Below are positions 23,340 through 34,136 of a DNA stretch of 64,000 nt, piece by piece; position 1 is the stretch's first letter, and each line of letters begins with the position of its first letter. A model generated the notes under the pieces. That model was not told the DNA's origin and made no database searches. It saw only the letters and a program-made list of their open reading frames with translations. The DNA is taken from IMG/VR virus record IMGVR_UViG_3300042384_000288, positions 32,001-96,000 of that record; one strand, given 5' to 3'. This DNA is from a virus. The position numbers were made by a program, and so were the translations under genes.

Positions 23340-24180
23340 ACCTATATTACCGTTTGTTGAAACTATGATTACACAGGTATGTAATTTAAGTTGTCACGGC
23401 TGCACTAACTACAGTGACCTACAACATGAAGGTTATGTTTCGTGGACGCAGGGCAAACAGGAATTAGAAGCATGGCTTACTCGAGTCGATATTTTAGATT
23501 TTGGTATATTGGGTGGTGAACCGCTAGTTAATCCAGAAGTGGACAAATGGATTGTCGGCCTACGAGAATTGATGCCCAATGCACAGATACGTTTTACTAC
23601 TAACGGTATCAAGTTGGATAAAAAGTTTCATCTGATTCAATTACTGCACGATATCGGTAACTGCGTGATTAAGATTGGCGTACACGTAACCGATCCTAAA
23701 TTAGAAGCAACTATACAACGCATATATGACAGTTATGATTGGGAACCAGTTACTGAATACGGTATAGACAGACATATTACAGGCGACCGTGTACGCTTTC
23801 ATGTTAAACGACCGGACACGTTCTATAAAACATATCAGAGCACTTATGCTGATATGAAACCACATAATAGTAATCCTGCAGAAGCGTTTGCTATTTGCTG
23901 TCAACAAACCTGTCCACTATTATATCAAGGCAAGCTGCATAAATGTAGTACTGCTGGGCTAATAAAAGAAACATTAGCTAAAGTGGGCAATCCTAACATG
24001 GATCTGTGGGAGCCAGTTATTGATCATGGTATAGGAACCGATTGTAGTGATACGGAATTAGAGAGATTTTTGGATAACTTCGGCAAACCTAATGACATTT
24101 GCCGCCAATGTCCCACCTTAGCGGATACCAATGCTAAAATTATTCATATTGACAATGTATCAACAAAAAAGATTAAATGA
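23332..24180 (+). CDS. Radical SAM protein with a Cys-rich C-terminus
   Basis: CNLSCHGC, GGEP, TTNG; C-terminal CCQQTC...KC...CRQC. Confidence 0.9.
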   Translation: MNKPILPFVETMITQVCNLSCHGCTNYSDLQHEGYVSWTQGKQELEAWLTRVDILDFGILGGEPLVNPEVDKWIVGLRELMPNAQIRFTTNGIKLDKKFHLIQLLHDIGNCVIKIGVHVTDPKLEATIQRIYDSYDWEPVTEYGIDRHITGDRVRFHVKRPDTFYKTYQSTYADMKPHNSNPAEAFAICCQQTCPLLYQGKLHKCSTAGLIKETLAKVGNPNMDLWEPVIDHGIGTDCSDTELERFLDNFGKPNDICRQCPTLADTNAKIIHIDNVSTKKIK

Positions 24181-25202
24181 ATATAAGCATACAAACATTG
24201 GATAGAAAGATTTGGCGCAAAGATTTACTAGTAGATGCGTTACGTCAATGCTACAGCACAAATCAGCCAATTCTATTAGATTTTAGCCCAGAGGGATCTT
24301 GCGCAGAAGCGTTGGGATTATACAAACTATTGGATGATTTCTGTCATCGATCAGGGTATAGCAAGCAACTTATTACAATTAAAACAGCTAATATGCTTGA
24401 GCATCATGCTGAATATAATATTATTAAAGATGTTAGCTGCTGGTATGAAGTAGCTAAAATTAAAAAATGGCTGATAGGCAAGACTTTAGATATCCGCTAT
24501 ACCCCAACTAAACATTTTGCTAATTTTTCTAGTAGAAGTAATTGGTATAGATTATGGATTGCAACTATATTAGACAAATATTATGCTGATAAAACGCTAC
24601 AAACATATCATTATGATCCGCTGAGAGAAAATTTTAATGGTAACGGTTATGTTGGATTAGATGATTTAATAAATTATAAATGTGACATTGTAACTGACGC
24701 TGTGGAATTTATTAAAACTTGTCCGCGCACCTTAGATATAGAATATTTACAAAATTTAGATAATTGTAAAGATAGCATATTTCAACATGAAAATAGTTAT
24801 TATCCAATACAACACCCATCAAATTTAAATTTGTTGCAATATTATAATGATATATTTGTTGATGTTGTATGTGAACCAAATGTTAGTGGTAATTGTTTTC
24901 TAGTAACGGAAAAACTATGGAGATGCATTGTCGCACGTCGTCCATTTATAGTAATGTCAAATCCTAATTACCTTGCTAATCTACATAAATTAGGATTTAA
25001 AACATTCAACGACTACTGGTCCGAGGAATATGATTATTATAGGCAAACAAACCGCATACATAAAATTGAATCATTATTAGCTAGTATTGTAACAATGGAT
25101 ACCGGTGAATCATTGACTAAAATGAAAGATCTATTAGATCATAATTATAATGTATTCATGATGTTGAATCAGTTTAAACTTCGAGGGGCATTTATTCGAT
25201 GA
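24177..25202 (+). CDS. Hypothetical protein, EK..PFI..GFKTF family
   Basis: FVDVVCE...TEKLWR...RPFIV...GFKTF..YWSEEYD. Confidence 0.5.
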   Translation: MNISIQTLDRKIWRKDLLVDALRQCYSTNQPILLDFSPEGSCAEALGLYKLLDDFCHRSGYSKQLITIKTANMLEHHAEYNIIKDVSCWYEVAKIKKWLIGKTLDIRYTPTKHFANFSSRSNWYRLWIATILDKYYADKTLQTYHYDPLRENFNGNGYVGLDDLINYKCDIVTDAVEFIKTCPRTLDIEYLQNLDNCKDSIFQHENSYYPIQHPSNLNLLQYYNDIFVDVVCEPNVSGNCFLVTEKLWRCIVARRPFIVMSNPNYLANLHKLGFKTFNDYWSEEYDYYRQTNRIHKIESLLASIVTMDTGESLTKMKDLLDHNYNVFMMLNQFKLRGAFIR

Positions 25203-26353
25203 AAATAACTGTGTGGGCACGCGACCCGTGGTGGGATCAATATTACTACGGACTATTTAAAGATATGGCTGAAATTATGCCCGACAATAGCGAGATGCAT
25301 TATATTATATACGATCCTATCTCACGTAATTTTGAAAAAATAAAAAAAACTACCTACACTGAAAAATTAGTAGGATTGATGATTATAGAAGAACTACAGT
25401 ACGAATGTGACTACACTAGTAATCAATTCTCTCCCGCTGCGGCACACATTATCGATTTATGTAATTTAAATCCCAATACACAGTTTATTATATTTACGGA
25501 AATTGAATATTTTAATAAAGAAGTTCCGGAGATCAGTAATCTCCGGATTGTGCCAGTGGGCACCGGCATAATGTTTGAGCATGCGCATCGTGATACAATA
25601 ATCCCAGTAACTGAAAAGAATTTGTTATCTACTCAAACATTTGTGAGTTTAAATAGATCAGTTCGACCTAGTAGAGTTACATTACTAAGTTATCTATTAG
25701 GAACAAGCCTGGCGGACTGCGGATACCTTTCATTTAATTCAATGGATTTAATTAAAGATCATTCTTCTTGGTTGAGTTATTGTCCGTGGGGTATACCGGA
25801 TAAATACCGTCAGGAAATATTAGATGGTTTTGAATTATTAAAAGTTGGCCACGGGATTACCCAATCGATAACTGCTGTTGATAATCTCTATAATATACAG
25901 GCTTGCGATAATGTTACTAATTTTAATGAATTTTTGCGAAGTATTTATAAAAATACATTTGTGGAAATTGTGTCAGAAACAACGTTTACTTTACCGGGTA
26001 TATTAGTTACAGAAAAAACAAAAAATAGTATATACGGATATAACTTTCCTATTTTTGTTGCTGGAAAAGGCATAGTTAATCATTTAAAAAATGATCTTGG
26101 ATTAGATATGTTTGACGATATTATTGATCATAGTTACGATACTATTGAAGATAATGTTACACGCATCACTACAGCTATAGATTCTAATAAACGACTGCTA
26201 ACAGATTCTTCGTATATTAAGAGTTGCTGGCAAAATAATTTTGATAGATTTACTAGTAACGTACACATATTACGTACCCAAATTGAAAAATTTTATCGGC
26301 AACGAGCATGGTCTAAATTAACTGATATATTGAGAGAATGTGGCTATAATTAA
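25199..26353 (+). CDS. Hypothetical protein, EK..PFI..GFKTF family
   Basis: FVSLNR..RP.R; FVEIVSET...TEKT...FPIF...IIDHSYD. Confidence 0.5.
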   Translation: MKITVWARDPWWDQYYYGLFKDMAEIMPDNSEMHYIIYDPISRNFEKIKKTTYTEKLVGLMIIEELQYECDYTSNQFSPAAAHIIDLCNLNPNTQFIIFTEIEYFNKEVPEISNLRIVPVGTGIMFEHAHRDTIIPVTEKNLLSTQTFVSLNRSVRPSRVTLLSYLLGTSLADCGYLSFNSMDLIKDHSSWLSYCPWGIPDKYRQEILDGFELLKVGHGITQSITAVDNLYNIQACDNVTNFNEFLRSIYKNTFVEIVSETTFTLPGILVTEKTKNSIYGYNFPIFVAGKGIVNHLKNDLGLDMFDDIIDHSYDTIEDNVTRITTAIDSNKRLLTDSSYIKSCWQNNFDRFTSNVHILRTQIEKFYRQRAWSKLTDILRECGYN

Positions 26354-26362
26354 AATATATGT

Positions 26363-26391
26363 TTGACCAATATACCGTTAGAATATATACT
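26363..26391 (+). promoter_or_regulatory. sigma70-like promoter upstream of the rSAM run
   Basis: TTGACC-17-TATACT in an intergenic region. Confidence 0.55.
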
Positions 26392-26427
26392 TAGTAATGT
26401 GGGCTCCAAATAAACAAATATAATATT

Positions 26428-27819
26428 ATGATAAAAAGTAATTTCCTGACTGCTGCAGAAGAAATGAAGGACAAGTTAGGTCCTGCTCTCTGCTTGGCTA
26501 AGTGGCAACAGGTAAGTCTACACTTGCCTACAGGACTTACTAACAGTTGCTATCACCCACCCTTACATGAGATCGACAGTGCTCCGTTGCTATTCAATCC
26601 CGGTGCGCTACATAATACTGATTACAAGAAACAACAGCGCAAACTCATGCTAGAGCAAACACGCCCGGCTGAATGCAGCTACTGCTGGAGTGCCGAAGAT
26701 AACCAGCAACTAAGCGATAGACACTATCGTTCCGGTGAGCCGTGGGCGGCTGAACACTATGAAACGATAGTAAACGCACCATGGGACCAAGACGTTGTAC
26801 CAAGTTATGTTGAAGTAAACTTCAGTCATGGCTGTAACTTAGCTTGTTCATATTGCAGTCCGCAGTACAGTACAGAATGGGGCAAAGATATTGGCAGATG
26901 GGGAGCATACCCAACTAGTACTCCGCACAATGCGCCCGAACACTTTCAAGGTCGACGTAAACCTATTCCAGTTCGTGAAGCTAATCCCTATGTAGAAGCA
27001 TTTTGGCGTTGGTGGCCTGAATTATACCCTAAACTTAAACATTTCCGTATGACAGGTGGTGAACCACTTATGGATAAGAATACGCATCGTGTGTTTGATT
27101 ATATACTTGCCTTGCCTAAGAGTGACCTGCACGTAGATGTTACTAGCAACTTCAGTGTTGAGCCTGAACTGTTTGACAAGTATCTAGACAAAGTAAAACA
27201 GCTATGTGAGGGTGAACGCATCGAACACTTTATGCAATATGTTAGCTTAGATACCGGACTTCCTGAACATGCAGAATATATACGCGATGGGCTATATTGG
27301 GATAGAGTCATGCGCTATACTAACGATTTCCTAGCAGTAGTGCCATACCGCAATAGCCTAACGTTTATTATTACAATGAACAATTTAAACATACTTGGAC
27401 TAAAACTTTTATTGACACAGATATTAGAGATGCGTAACAAATACAGCACAACTTATCAACGTGTGTGGTTTGATACGCCACTATTACGTAGCCCAACCTA
27501 TCAAAGTTTACAAATACTACCAGCAAGTTATGTTCGCATATTAGAAGATGTTGTTACATTTATGCGAGCAAATCAAGCAGATGAAACTGCTGATAACTTT
27601 GGGGGCTTTAAAGATTACGAAATACAACGTATGGAACGTAATGTAGATTGGATGAAACAAGGTTGCGAACTTGCCGCAGACTATGTTACAATACAAAGAG
27701 CAGACTTCTATAGATTTTTTAATGAATACGATAAACGCAGAGGGTTAAACTTTTTGGAAACATTTCCACAAATGAAAGAGTTTTGGCAGGAGTGCAAATA
27801 CCATGCCGAAACTAACTAA
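26428..27819 (+). CDS. Radical SAM protein with N-terminal SPASM/Twitch-like domain
   Basis: CLAKW...SCYHPPLH...ECSYCW, then CNLACSYC and GGEP. Confidence 0.9.
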   Translation: MIKSNFLTAAEEMKDKLGPALCLAKWQQVSLHLPTGLTNSCYHPPLHEIDSAPLLFNPGALHNTDYKKQQRKLMLEQTRPAECSYCWSAEDNQQLSDRHYRSGEPWAAEHYETIVNAPWDQDVVPSYVEVNFSHGCNLACSYCSPQYSTEWGKDIGRWGAYPTSTPHNAPEHFQGRRKPIPVREANPYVEAFWRWWPELYPKLKHFRMTGGEPLMDKNTHRVFDYILALPKSDLHVDVTSNFSVEPELFDKYLDKVKQLCEGERIEHFMQYVSLDTGLPEHAEYIRDGLYWDRVMRYTNDFLAVVPYRNSLTFIITMNNLNILGLKLLLTQILEMRNKYSTTYQRVWFDTPLLRSPTYQSLQILPASYVRILEDVVTFMRANQADETADNFGGFKDYEIQRMERNVDWMKQGCELAADYVTIQRADFYRFFNEYDKRRGLNFLETFPQMKEFWQECKYHAETN

Positions 27820-29179
27820 CGAAACAGATGTAGAATATAAGCGCAGAGTGATTGACATTAAGTCAGCGAGCTTCTGTGCGGCTAAATGGTATAACGCTAC
27901 TATATGGTTAGGGTCGGGACAGACTACTAGCTGTCATCACCCATTGCCTCATGCTATTGACCTAGAAGCAATTAAAACTAATCCCAGTGCTATCCATAAC
28001 ACTCCGCAAAAGAAATTAGAGCGTAAACAGATGCAGGTGGGTGAACGTCCCAGTGGATGCGAATACTGCTGGAAGATTGAAGACATGTACAAGGATCCTA
28101 AATATACCGGAGTTGATGTTGGCACTCCAATTAGTGATCGTGTATACAAAACAGTAATTTATGATGATAAGGATTTAGATCTTGCCTACAACACCGACTA
28201 CCAAGAAGATGTTAATTTACAAACTTTGGAAATCGCATTCGACAGAACTTGTCAGCTTGCTTGTAGCTACTGTAACCCTGCTTTCAGTACCGCCTGGGTT
28301 AGAGATATTAAACGCAATGGAGCCTATGAACACCTTGTATCTGACGGACGCAATCACTTTACTCACACTCACGATCATAGCCAACTGTTTACTATTGATC
28401 AAGTCAATCCTTACGTTGAAGCATTCTTTAAGTGGTGGGAGTCAGACCTACACAAAACATTAAAAGAACTGCGTATCACCGGCGGCGAACCGCTTATGTC
28501 GGGGTACACATGGCGCCTAATAGAATGGTTCCAACAGAATAAAGGACAAAGCACCACACGTCTTGCTATCAACAGCAACTTGTGCTTTGAACAAGATAAG
28601 TTAGAGAGGTTATTAGATGCTACACAAGGTATCGAACTGGATTTGTACACTAGCAACGAAAGCTGGGGTCGCCACGCAATGTATATACGCGATGGTTTGG
28701 ATTGGGATCAGTGGGTTAATAATGTTATGTTCTTATTGGATAGCGGTAAGTTGCGTGGCCTACATGTTATGTGTACCATCAATGCTCTATGCTTATTAAG
28801 CATAACAGATCTACTATGGATGATTGTTAAATTTAAACGCAAATACGGTAAGGATAGTATTAACTTTAGCCTAAATATCCTACGTTTTCCTAGTTTTCAA
28901 AGCCCACTAATATTACCGTTAGAATTGCGCAAACAGTTTGCCAAGGATCTAGGACAGTTTGGTACTGCGGCACACGAACATCTACATGAATATGAATTCA
29001 ATCAATTACAAAGATTAATTGAATACCTGAACACAGTAGACAGTCCACATAGCGGAGCATTATCACGTGAAATATTACAGCGTGACTTTAAGAACTTTTA
29101 TCAGCAATACGACCAACGCCGCGGTCTAGACTTTAAATATACATTTACACAATTAGCTAACTGGTACGATACACTATGA
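27803..29179 (+). CDS. Radical SAM protein with N-terminal SPASM/Twitch-like domain, paralog of the previous gene
   Basis: CAAKW...SCHHPLPH...GCEYCW, then CQLACSYC and GGEP. Confidence 0.9.
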   Translation: MPKLTNETDVEYKRRVIDIKSASFCAAKWYNATIWLGSGQTTSCHHPLPHAIDLEAIKTNPSAIHNTPQKKLERKQMQVGERPSGCEYCWKIEDMYKDPKYTGVDVGTPISDRVYKTVIYDDKDLDLAYNTDYQEDVNLQTLEIAFDRTCQLACSYCNPAFSTAWVRDIKRNGAYEHLVSDGRNHFTHTHDHSQLFTIDQVNPYVEAFFKWWESDLHKTLKELRITGGEPLMSGYTWRLIEWFQQNKGQSTTRLAINSNLCFEQDKLERLLDATQGIELDLYTSNESWGRHAMYIRDGLDWDQWVNNVMFLLDSGKLRGLHVMCTINALCLLSITDLLWMIVKFKRKYGKDSINFSLNILRFPSFQSPLILPLELRKQFAKDLGQFGTAAHEHLHEYEFNQLQRLIEYLNTVDSPHSGALSREILQRDFKNFYQQYDQRRGLDFKYTFTQLANWYDTL

Positions 29180-31731
29180 GCGACGAGCCAAGCAAAAAAT
29201 TAACAGTACATCACAAAAATCACAATTACAATACTCGTAAACCTGTTTATATACACGAAGATGATTTAACCAAAGATCATACATATAAACTGATAGAAAG
29301 TAAACACTTCTGCATGATACCGTGGACGCACATGCATGGTATTCCCGATGGTCGAGCATATCCCTGCTGTCTGGGTGAAATGCATTTGCCGATTGGTAAT
29401 TTCAAAGACAATACCATGAAGGAAGTATGGAATGGAACTCCGTACAAACAGATGCGTCTAAACATGTTAGAAGATAAACCCAGCAAAGAATGCACACGCT
29501 GTTACGAGCAAGAAGATAATGGATTCTTTAGTATGCGCAATAGCCAAAATAAAAACTTTGGTCATCATATTGCATTAACAGATAAAACCAATGCCGATGG
29601 AAGTTTAGATGACTTTAAACTACGCTACTATGATGTACGTTTCTCTAATCTATGTAACTTTAGTTGTCGTACCTGTGGTAGTTTGTTCAGCAGTAGTTGG
29701 TACGCAGAAGAAACTAAACTATTTGGTAAATTAAACCATCCTCAGATTATGTTTGCTGGTAAAAATAAAGATGACATGTGGGAACAGATGCAGGAACATA
29801 TCCCATACCTAGAACAGATTTACTTTGCCGGCGGTGAACCATTGATTATGGAAGAACACTATCGCATTCTCGAAGAATTAGTCAAACGTGAAATGTTCCA
29901 TGTACGATTGATCTATAATACAAACTTTAGTCACATACGTCTTAAAGATAAGATGGTGTTTGAATACTGGAAACTGTTTGATACAGTTTGTGTAGGTGCA
30001 AGTTTAGATGACTCGTATCTCCGCGGAGAGTACATACGTAAAGGTACAGACTGGGCAGAAACAGTAGAAAACCGTCGCAAAATGATTGAAATTTGCCCCA
30101 ATGTTGACTTTTATGTTAGCAGTACAGTTAGTATACTCAATGCCTGGCATTTGACTGAATTCCATAAAGAATGGGTCGACCTTGGTTTGATTAGAGCAAT
30201 GGATTGGAATGTAAATATTTTGCAAAGTCCAGAACGTGATCGAATTGATGTATTACCAATTCAATTTAAAGACAGAATTAAACAACGAGTTGAAGAACAT
30301 ATTGCCTGGCTAGCTCCAATAGATCAACTGCAACGGGCTACTTCTGGTTATAAAGCTATTATTACATTCATGTATCAAGATGATAAGAGTCACTTATTGG
30401 GAGAATTCTTTAAGATAAATGATCAAACTGATGAATTCCGTAGAGAAAAATTTGAAACGATATTTCCTGAATATCGAGAGTTGCGCAATCACTTAGGCAT
30501 TAATAAAACGCATGATAGTATTTGTATGTTGCCGTGGGTCAGTTTAGAAGCTAGCCCAGTGGGTACTGCTCGTCCGTGTTGTCTGGCTAAAGATGAAATT
30601 ACCAAACCCAACGGCACTCCGTATAAACTAAAAGAAAGTTCATTGGCAGAAATTTATAACAGTGAATATATGCAGAATCTTCGACAACAATTTCGACGCG
30701 GTGAAAAGCCTAGTACATGTAATCGTTGTTGGAGTGAAGAAGATGCCGGCATAGTTAGTAAACGTATCAACAGTAGAATTAGACTTAAAGAATTCTATCC
30801 TATCGTTGATTGGAAAAATGACACGCCAGATCAACTATGGTTTATTGATTTAAAACTAGGTAATATCTGTAATCTTAAATGTCGTATATGTGGATCATGG
30901 TCTAGTAGTAAATGGGCCAAAGAAGAAATTGATTACGAGTCTAGGAAATACAAAGAGGTACAAGGATACAATCGCAAACAACATAGTGCATACAAATTTC
31001 TACAAGATGGCACATGGCCAAGAGAAAGCGAAGTATTTTGGGAAAATTTAAAAGAACTACTGCCCAATATCAAGTACTTTGAATTTACCGGTGGAGAACC
31101 ATTCTTAATTGAAGAACATTTTAAACTATTACGCTATGCAGTCGACCACGGGTACAGTAGTCGTATAGATATACACTATAATACCAATGGTACAGTATAT
31201 CCGACAGATGAAGAAGCTAGTCTATGGGGTAAATTTCGAAATGTTGAGATCGCTGTTAGCATAGATAATACCGAAGAACGATTTGAATATGAACGTTACG
31301 GTGCCAACTGGAAAGAAGTAACAGTCAATGTAGTTAAATTTAATGCAATGAGAACTAATTTAATTAAAACACAAGTTTGTATGACTGTAAACATACAAAA
31401 TGTTTATTACTTGCCAGAATTGTGTGATTGGGTTAATACTCAATCTTTTGATATGGTGCATTTTAATATGTTACATGATCCCAATGTAATGTGTATTAAT
31501 CGTATGACTCCTGTTGCACAAAAATTAGTTATAGATAGATTAACCGTTTATCCGTTCAATGTCAAACATCGAGTAGAAATTGATAAAATAATTCAATTTA
31601 TTGAAAACGGCCAAGGCAGCGATGGTACAGAATTTGTACAGAAAATGCAACAGACTGATGTGTATCGTGAGCAGAGTATGTTAACTACACATAGAGAAAT
31701 TGCACTAGCAATGGGCTATGTTGAAGCCTAG
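29176..31731 (+). CDS. Fusion of two N-Twitch radical SAM units
   Basis: Unit 1: CMIPW..PCC..CTRC, CNFSCRTC, GGEP. Unit 2: CMLPW..PCC..CNRC, CNLKCRIC, GGEP. Confidence 0.9.
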   Translation: MSDEPSKKLTVHHKNHNYNTRKPVYIHEDDLTKDHTYKLIESKHFCMIPWTHMHGIPDGRAYPCCLGEMHLPIGNFKDNTMKEVWNGTPYKQMRLNMLEDKPSKECTRCYEQEDNGFFSMRNSQNKNFGHHIALTDKTNADGSLDDFKLRYYDVRFSNLCNFSCRTCGSLFSSSWYAEETKLFGKLNHPQIMFAGKNKDDMWEQMQEHIPYLEQIYFAGGEPLIMEEHYRILEELVKREMFHVRLIYNTNFSHIRLKDKMVFEYWKLFDTVCVGASLDDSYLRGEYIRKGTDWAETVENRRKMIEICPNVDFYVSSTVSILNAWHLTEFHKEWVDLGLIRAMDWNVNILQSPERDRIDVLPIQFKDRIKQRVEEHIAWLAPIDQLQRATSGYKAIITFMYQDDKSHLLGEFFKINDQTDEFRREKFETIFPEYRELRNHLGINKTHDSICMLPWVSLEASPVGTARPCCLAKDEITKPNGTPYKLKESSLAEIYNSEYMQNLRQQFRRGEKPSTCNRCWSEEDAGIVSKRINSRIRLKEFYPIVDWKNDTPDQLWFIDLKLGNICNLKCRICGSWSSSKWAKEEIDYESRKYKEVQGYNRKQHSAYKFLQDGTWPRESEVFWENLKELLPNIKYFEFTGGEPFLIEEHFKLLRYAVDHGYSSRIDIHYNTNGTVYPTDEEASLWGKFRNVEIAVSIDNTEERFEYERYGANWKEVTVNVVKFNAMRTNLIKTQVCMTVNIQNVYYLPELCDWVNTQSFDMVHFNMLHDPNVMCINRMTPVAQKLVIDRLTVYPFNVKHRVEIDKIIQFIENGQGSDGTEFVQKMQQTDVYREQSMLTTHREIALAMGYVEA

Positions 31732-33004
31732 TACACTTTGTCTTGCGCCCTGGGTACATACATACCTAAGCCCTCAGACCGAACGACGTATGTGCTGTGC
31801 CAGTCGCGAACCTGCGCAAAATTTTGAACAATATATTGACGTCTCGGCGGGTACAGGGCGTTATATACCAATAACTCTGGATGAACACTGGAATAGCGAG
31901 CACATGCGGTCGGTCCGTCGTCGCATGATTGCTGGGGAAACCCTCCCAGAGTGTGAGGTATGTAATGATAAGCTGTTGAACACATCAGTTTACCGTAGTT
32001 ATTTTGATTCTATGTTCGGACATAAATATTTACAAGTAACAGACACAACAGATTCAACAGGTTACACAACTATGCGCCCTGTGAGTTGGGATTATAGATT
32101 TAGTAACTTATGTAACTTTAAATGTCGTATGTGTGGTGATATGTTATCAAGTGCTTGGGAAACTGAGCAACGTCAACATAATATGATTAACTGGCATAAC
32201 CCCAAGAACAATTGGATGAAGCCAGAAGTAAAGCAAGAAATTACAGCATTTCAAGATAGTCAAATTGAACAGGAGTTTGCTCAAGCAGTCGAAGATCATC
32301 AAGTTGAAGAAGTATATTGGGTTGGCGGTGAGCCACTGATGTATGAACAACACTGGCGTTATATGAAACGCATTATTGATTTAGGAGATGGTCCGAATGC
32401 TTACGCACGGTACAATACTAATCTTAGCCGCGTCAACTATCGCGGTGTCAATCTCTACACTGACATACTTTCTGGGCTACGCGACTGGCAAATCTGTGCC
32501 AGTATCGACGGAACTGGAAGAATTGGAGAGTACATTAGAACAGGCCTTAATTACAATACATGGCTTGAAAACTTCCGTGAAGGAGTTAAAACAGCCACTC
32601 ATCGTAGACAAATGCGAATTGATTTCACCCTCACTCTGCCGGGATTGTTTGAAGTTAAACAAATCATGCAGCTTGCTTCAGAAGAAAACGTAGACATACT
32701 AGCTAAAGTTGTTTTCAGCTTTAGCCCAGACATTATCCTTAGTCCCCTTGCCCTACCTCGTCACTTACTACATCCGTGGTTAGATGAACTAATCCCGCAA
32801 ACTTCTGGTGCCATGCAAGATATACTTGTGCAGTTAAAATCACGACCAACGTTCGATGAGCAATGGCCCGATACATATAAGAAAGAGCTTGACAAAGGTA
32901 AGCAACGTGTGTTACAATTAGAGAGTATACGTGGCGATACATATACGTTAGCAGACATATTAAAAGAGAGACCAGCTGTATATGAATGGTATCAATCAAT
33001 CTAA
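31718..33004 (+). CDS. Radical SAM protein with N-terminal SPASM/Twitch-like domain
   Basis: CLAPW..MCC..CEVC, CNFKCRMC, GGEP, YNTN. Confidence 0.9.
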   Translation: MLKPSTLCLAPWVHTYLSPQTERRMCCASREPAQNFEQYIDVSAGTGRYIPITLDEHWNSEHMRSVRRRMIAGETLPECEVCNDKLLNTSVYRSYFDSMFGHKYLQVTDTTDSTGYTTMRPVSWDYRFSNLCNFKCRMCGDMLSSAWETEQRQHNMINWHNPKNNWMKPEVKQEITAFQDSQIEQEFAQAVEDHQVEEVYWVGGEPLMYEQHWRYMKRIIDLGDGPNAYARYNTNLSRVNYRGVNLYTDILSGLRDWQICASIDGTGRIGEYIRTGLNYNTWLENFREGVKTATHRRQMRIDFTLTLPGLFEVKQIMQLASEENVDILAKVVFSFSPDIILSPLALPRHLLHPWLDELIPQTSGAMQDILVQLKSRPTFDEQWPDTYKKELDKGKQRVLQLESIRGDTYTLADILKERPAVYEWYQSI

Positions 33005-34136
33005 AATAACCATAACTCTACGCAATCCATTGGATCACAACGATCTATTGGAATATCATATCATTCCTGATGATCACCAATTGGCTAAAGATTGGATAGT
33101 AGCATTAAAAAAAATACTTAACGATAAAAAATTGATAGAAAAGAATTTTTGTTTTTTAGGGTTTCCTTCAACATCTCGTAGTATAGACTATCTTTGCGAT
33201 CAGCTAAATCAAGCAGTGTGTCAAATTAACATGTTTAATCAATCTAATGTATGGCAAGCGGCTGGATTAAAATCTTATGTAATTGAAGAACATTTTTCTG
33301 CTGAAACTGTTAGATTTAGTGACGCCTATACTATTAGTAAAGGCCCAGACAACTTAGGAATGCGCCTTAAACATTCAATAATGAATCGTATACACAACGA
33401 TTTTGAAAGACTTCAAGGAACAGTTGATCATTTAAGTGACTATTATAGATTGGCTGATTACAATACCAAATATGCAATACGTCAATTAAATATTTTATGT
33501 CATGAATTGGAAACGTTGGTTCTGTCTCAGCGAAAATTAATACAAAATCCAACTTGGGTGCGTCCAAGTCAAATAACAACATTTTTACATGCTGACCGTT
33601 ATAGCTTAAGTAATCAACATCGAGAATTATTTAAACAAAATGGATACGATAGACAGTTTGGGCATGTTTATATGCATTGGGCACAAATTGGAAAAACTTT
33701 GTTTGAAGTATTTCGAGACGAGCATGCACCTAAACTAACTGATACTATCTGCGATGCTATTAATCATCTTCAATATTATAGTGGAGAATTTGACGTAGAA
33801 TGGGCTAATGATGTAATATACAACGACAAAAACACCCCATGGCACACTAAATTAATTGATGAATTTAATCAATGGTTAGAGGATAACGGGTTTGACCCAA
33901 ATGATTCACAACTAAGTTTAGGGCATCTGCACATAGGCGAAATTAACGTAAAGTCTGCATTTGGTACTACTTCTACAGACAAAGTTTGGGATATACTTAG
34001 TAATTACCTTGATATATACCGTATAGAAGTAGATGGGGTTAGTAATCAATTTGATTATTGTTGGACTGACAGTGACTACAAGCAAAAGCAAATAGATATG
34101 ATGAGGGAAGGGTATGACTATAGTAGTAGGGGGTGA
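32982..34136 (+). CDS. Hypothetical protein
   Basis: 384-aa ORF overlapping both neighbours; no motif recognised. Confidence 0.75.
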   Translation: MNGINQSKITITLRNPLDHNDLLEYHIIPDDHQLAKDWIVALKKILNDKKLIEKNFCFLGFPSTSRSIDYLCDQLNQAVCQINMFNQSNVWQAAGLKSYVIEEHFSAETVRFSDAYTISKGPDNLGMRLKHSIMNRIHNDFERLQGTVDHLSDYYRLADYNTKYAIRQLNILCHELETLVLSQRKLIQNPTWVRPSQITTFLHADRYSLSNQHRELFKQNGYDRQFGHVYMHWAQIGKTLFEVFRDEHAPKLTDTICDAINHLQYYSGEFDVEWANDVIYNDKNTPWHTKLIDEFNQWLEDNGFDPNDSQLSLGHLHIGEINVKSAFGTTSTDKVWDILSNYLDIYRIEVDGVSNQFDYCWTDSDYKQKQIDMMREGYDYSSRG

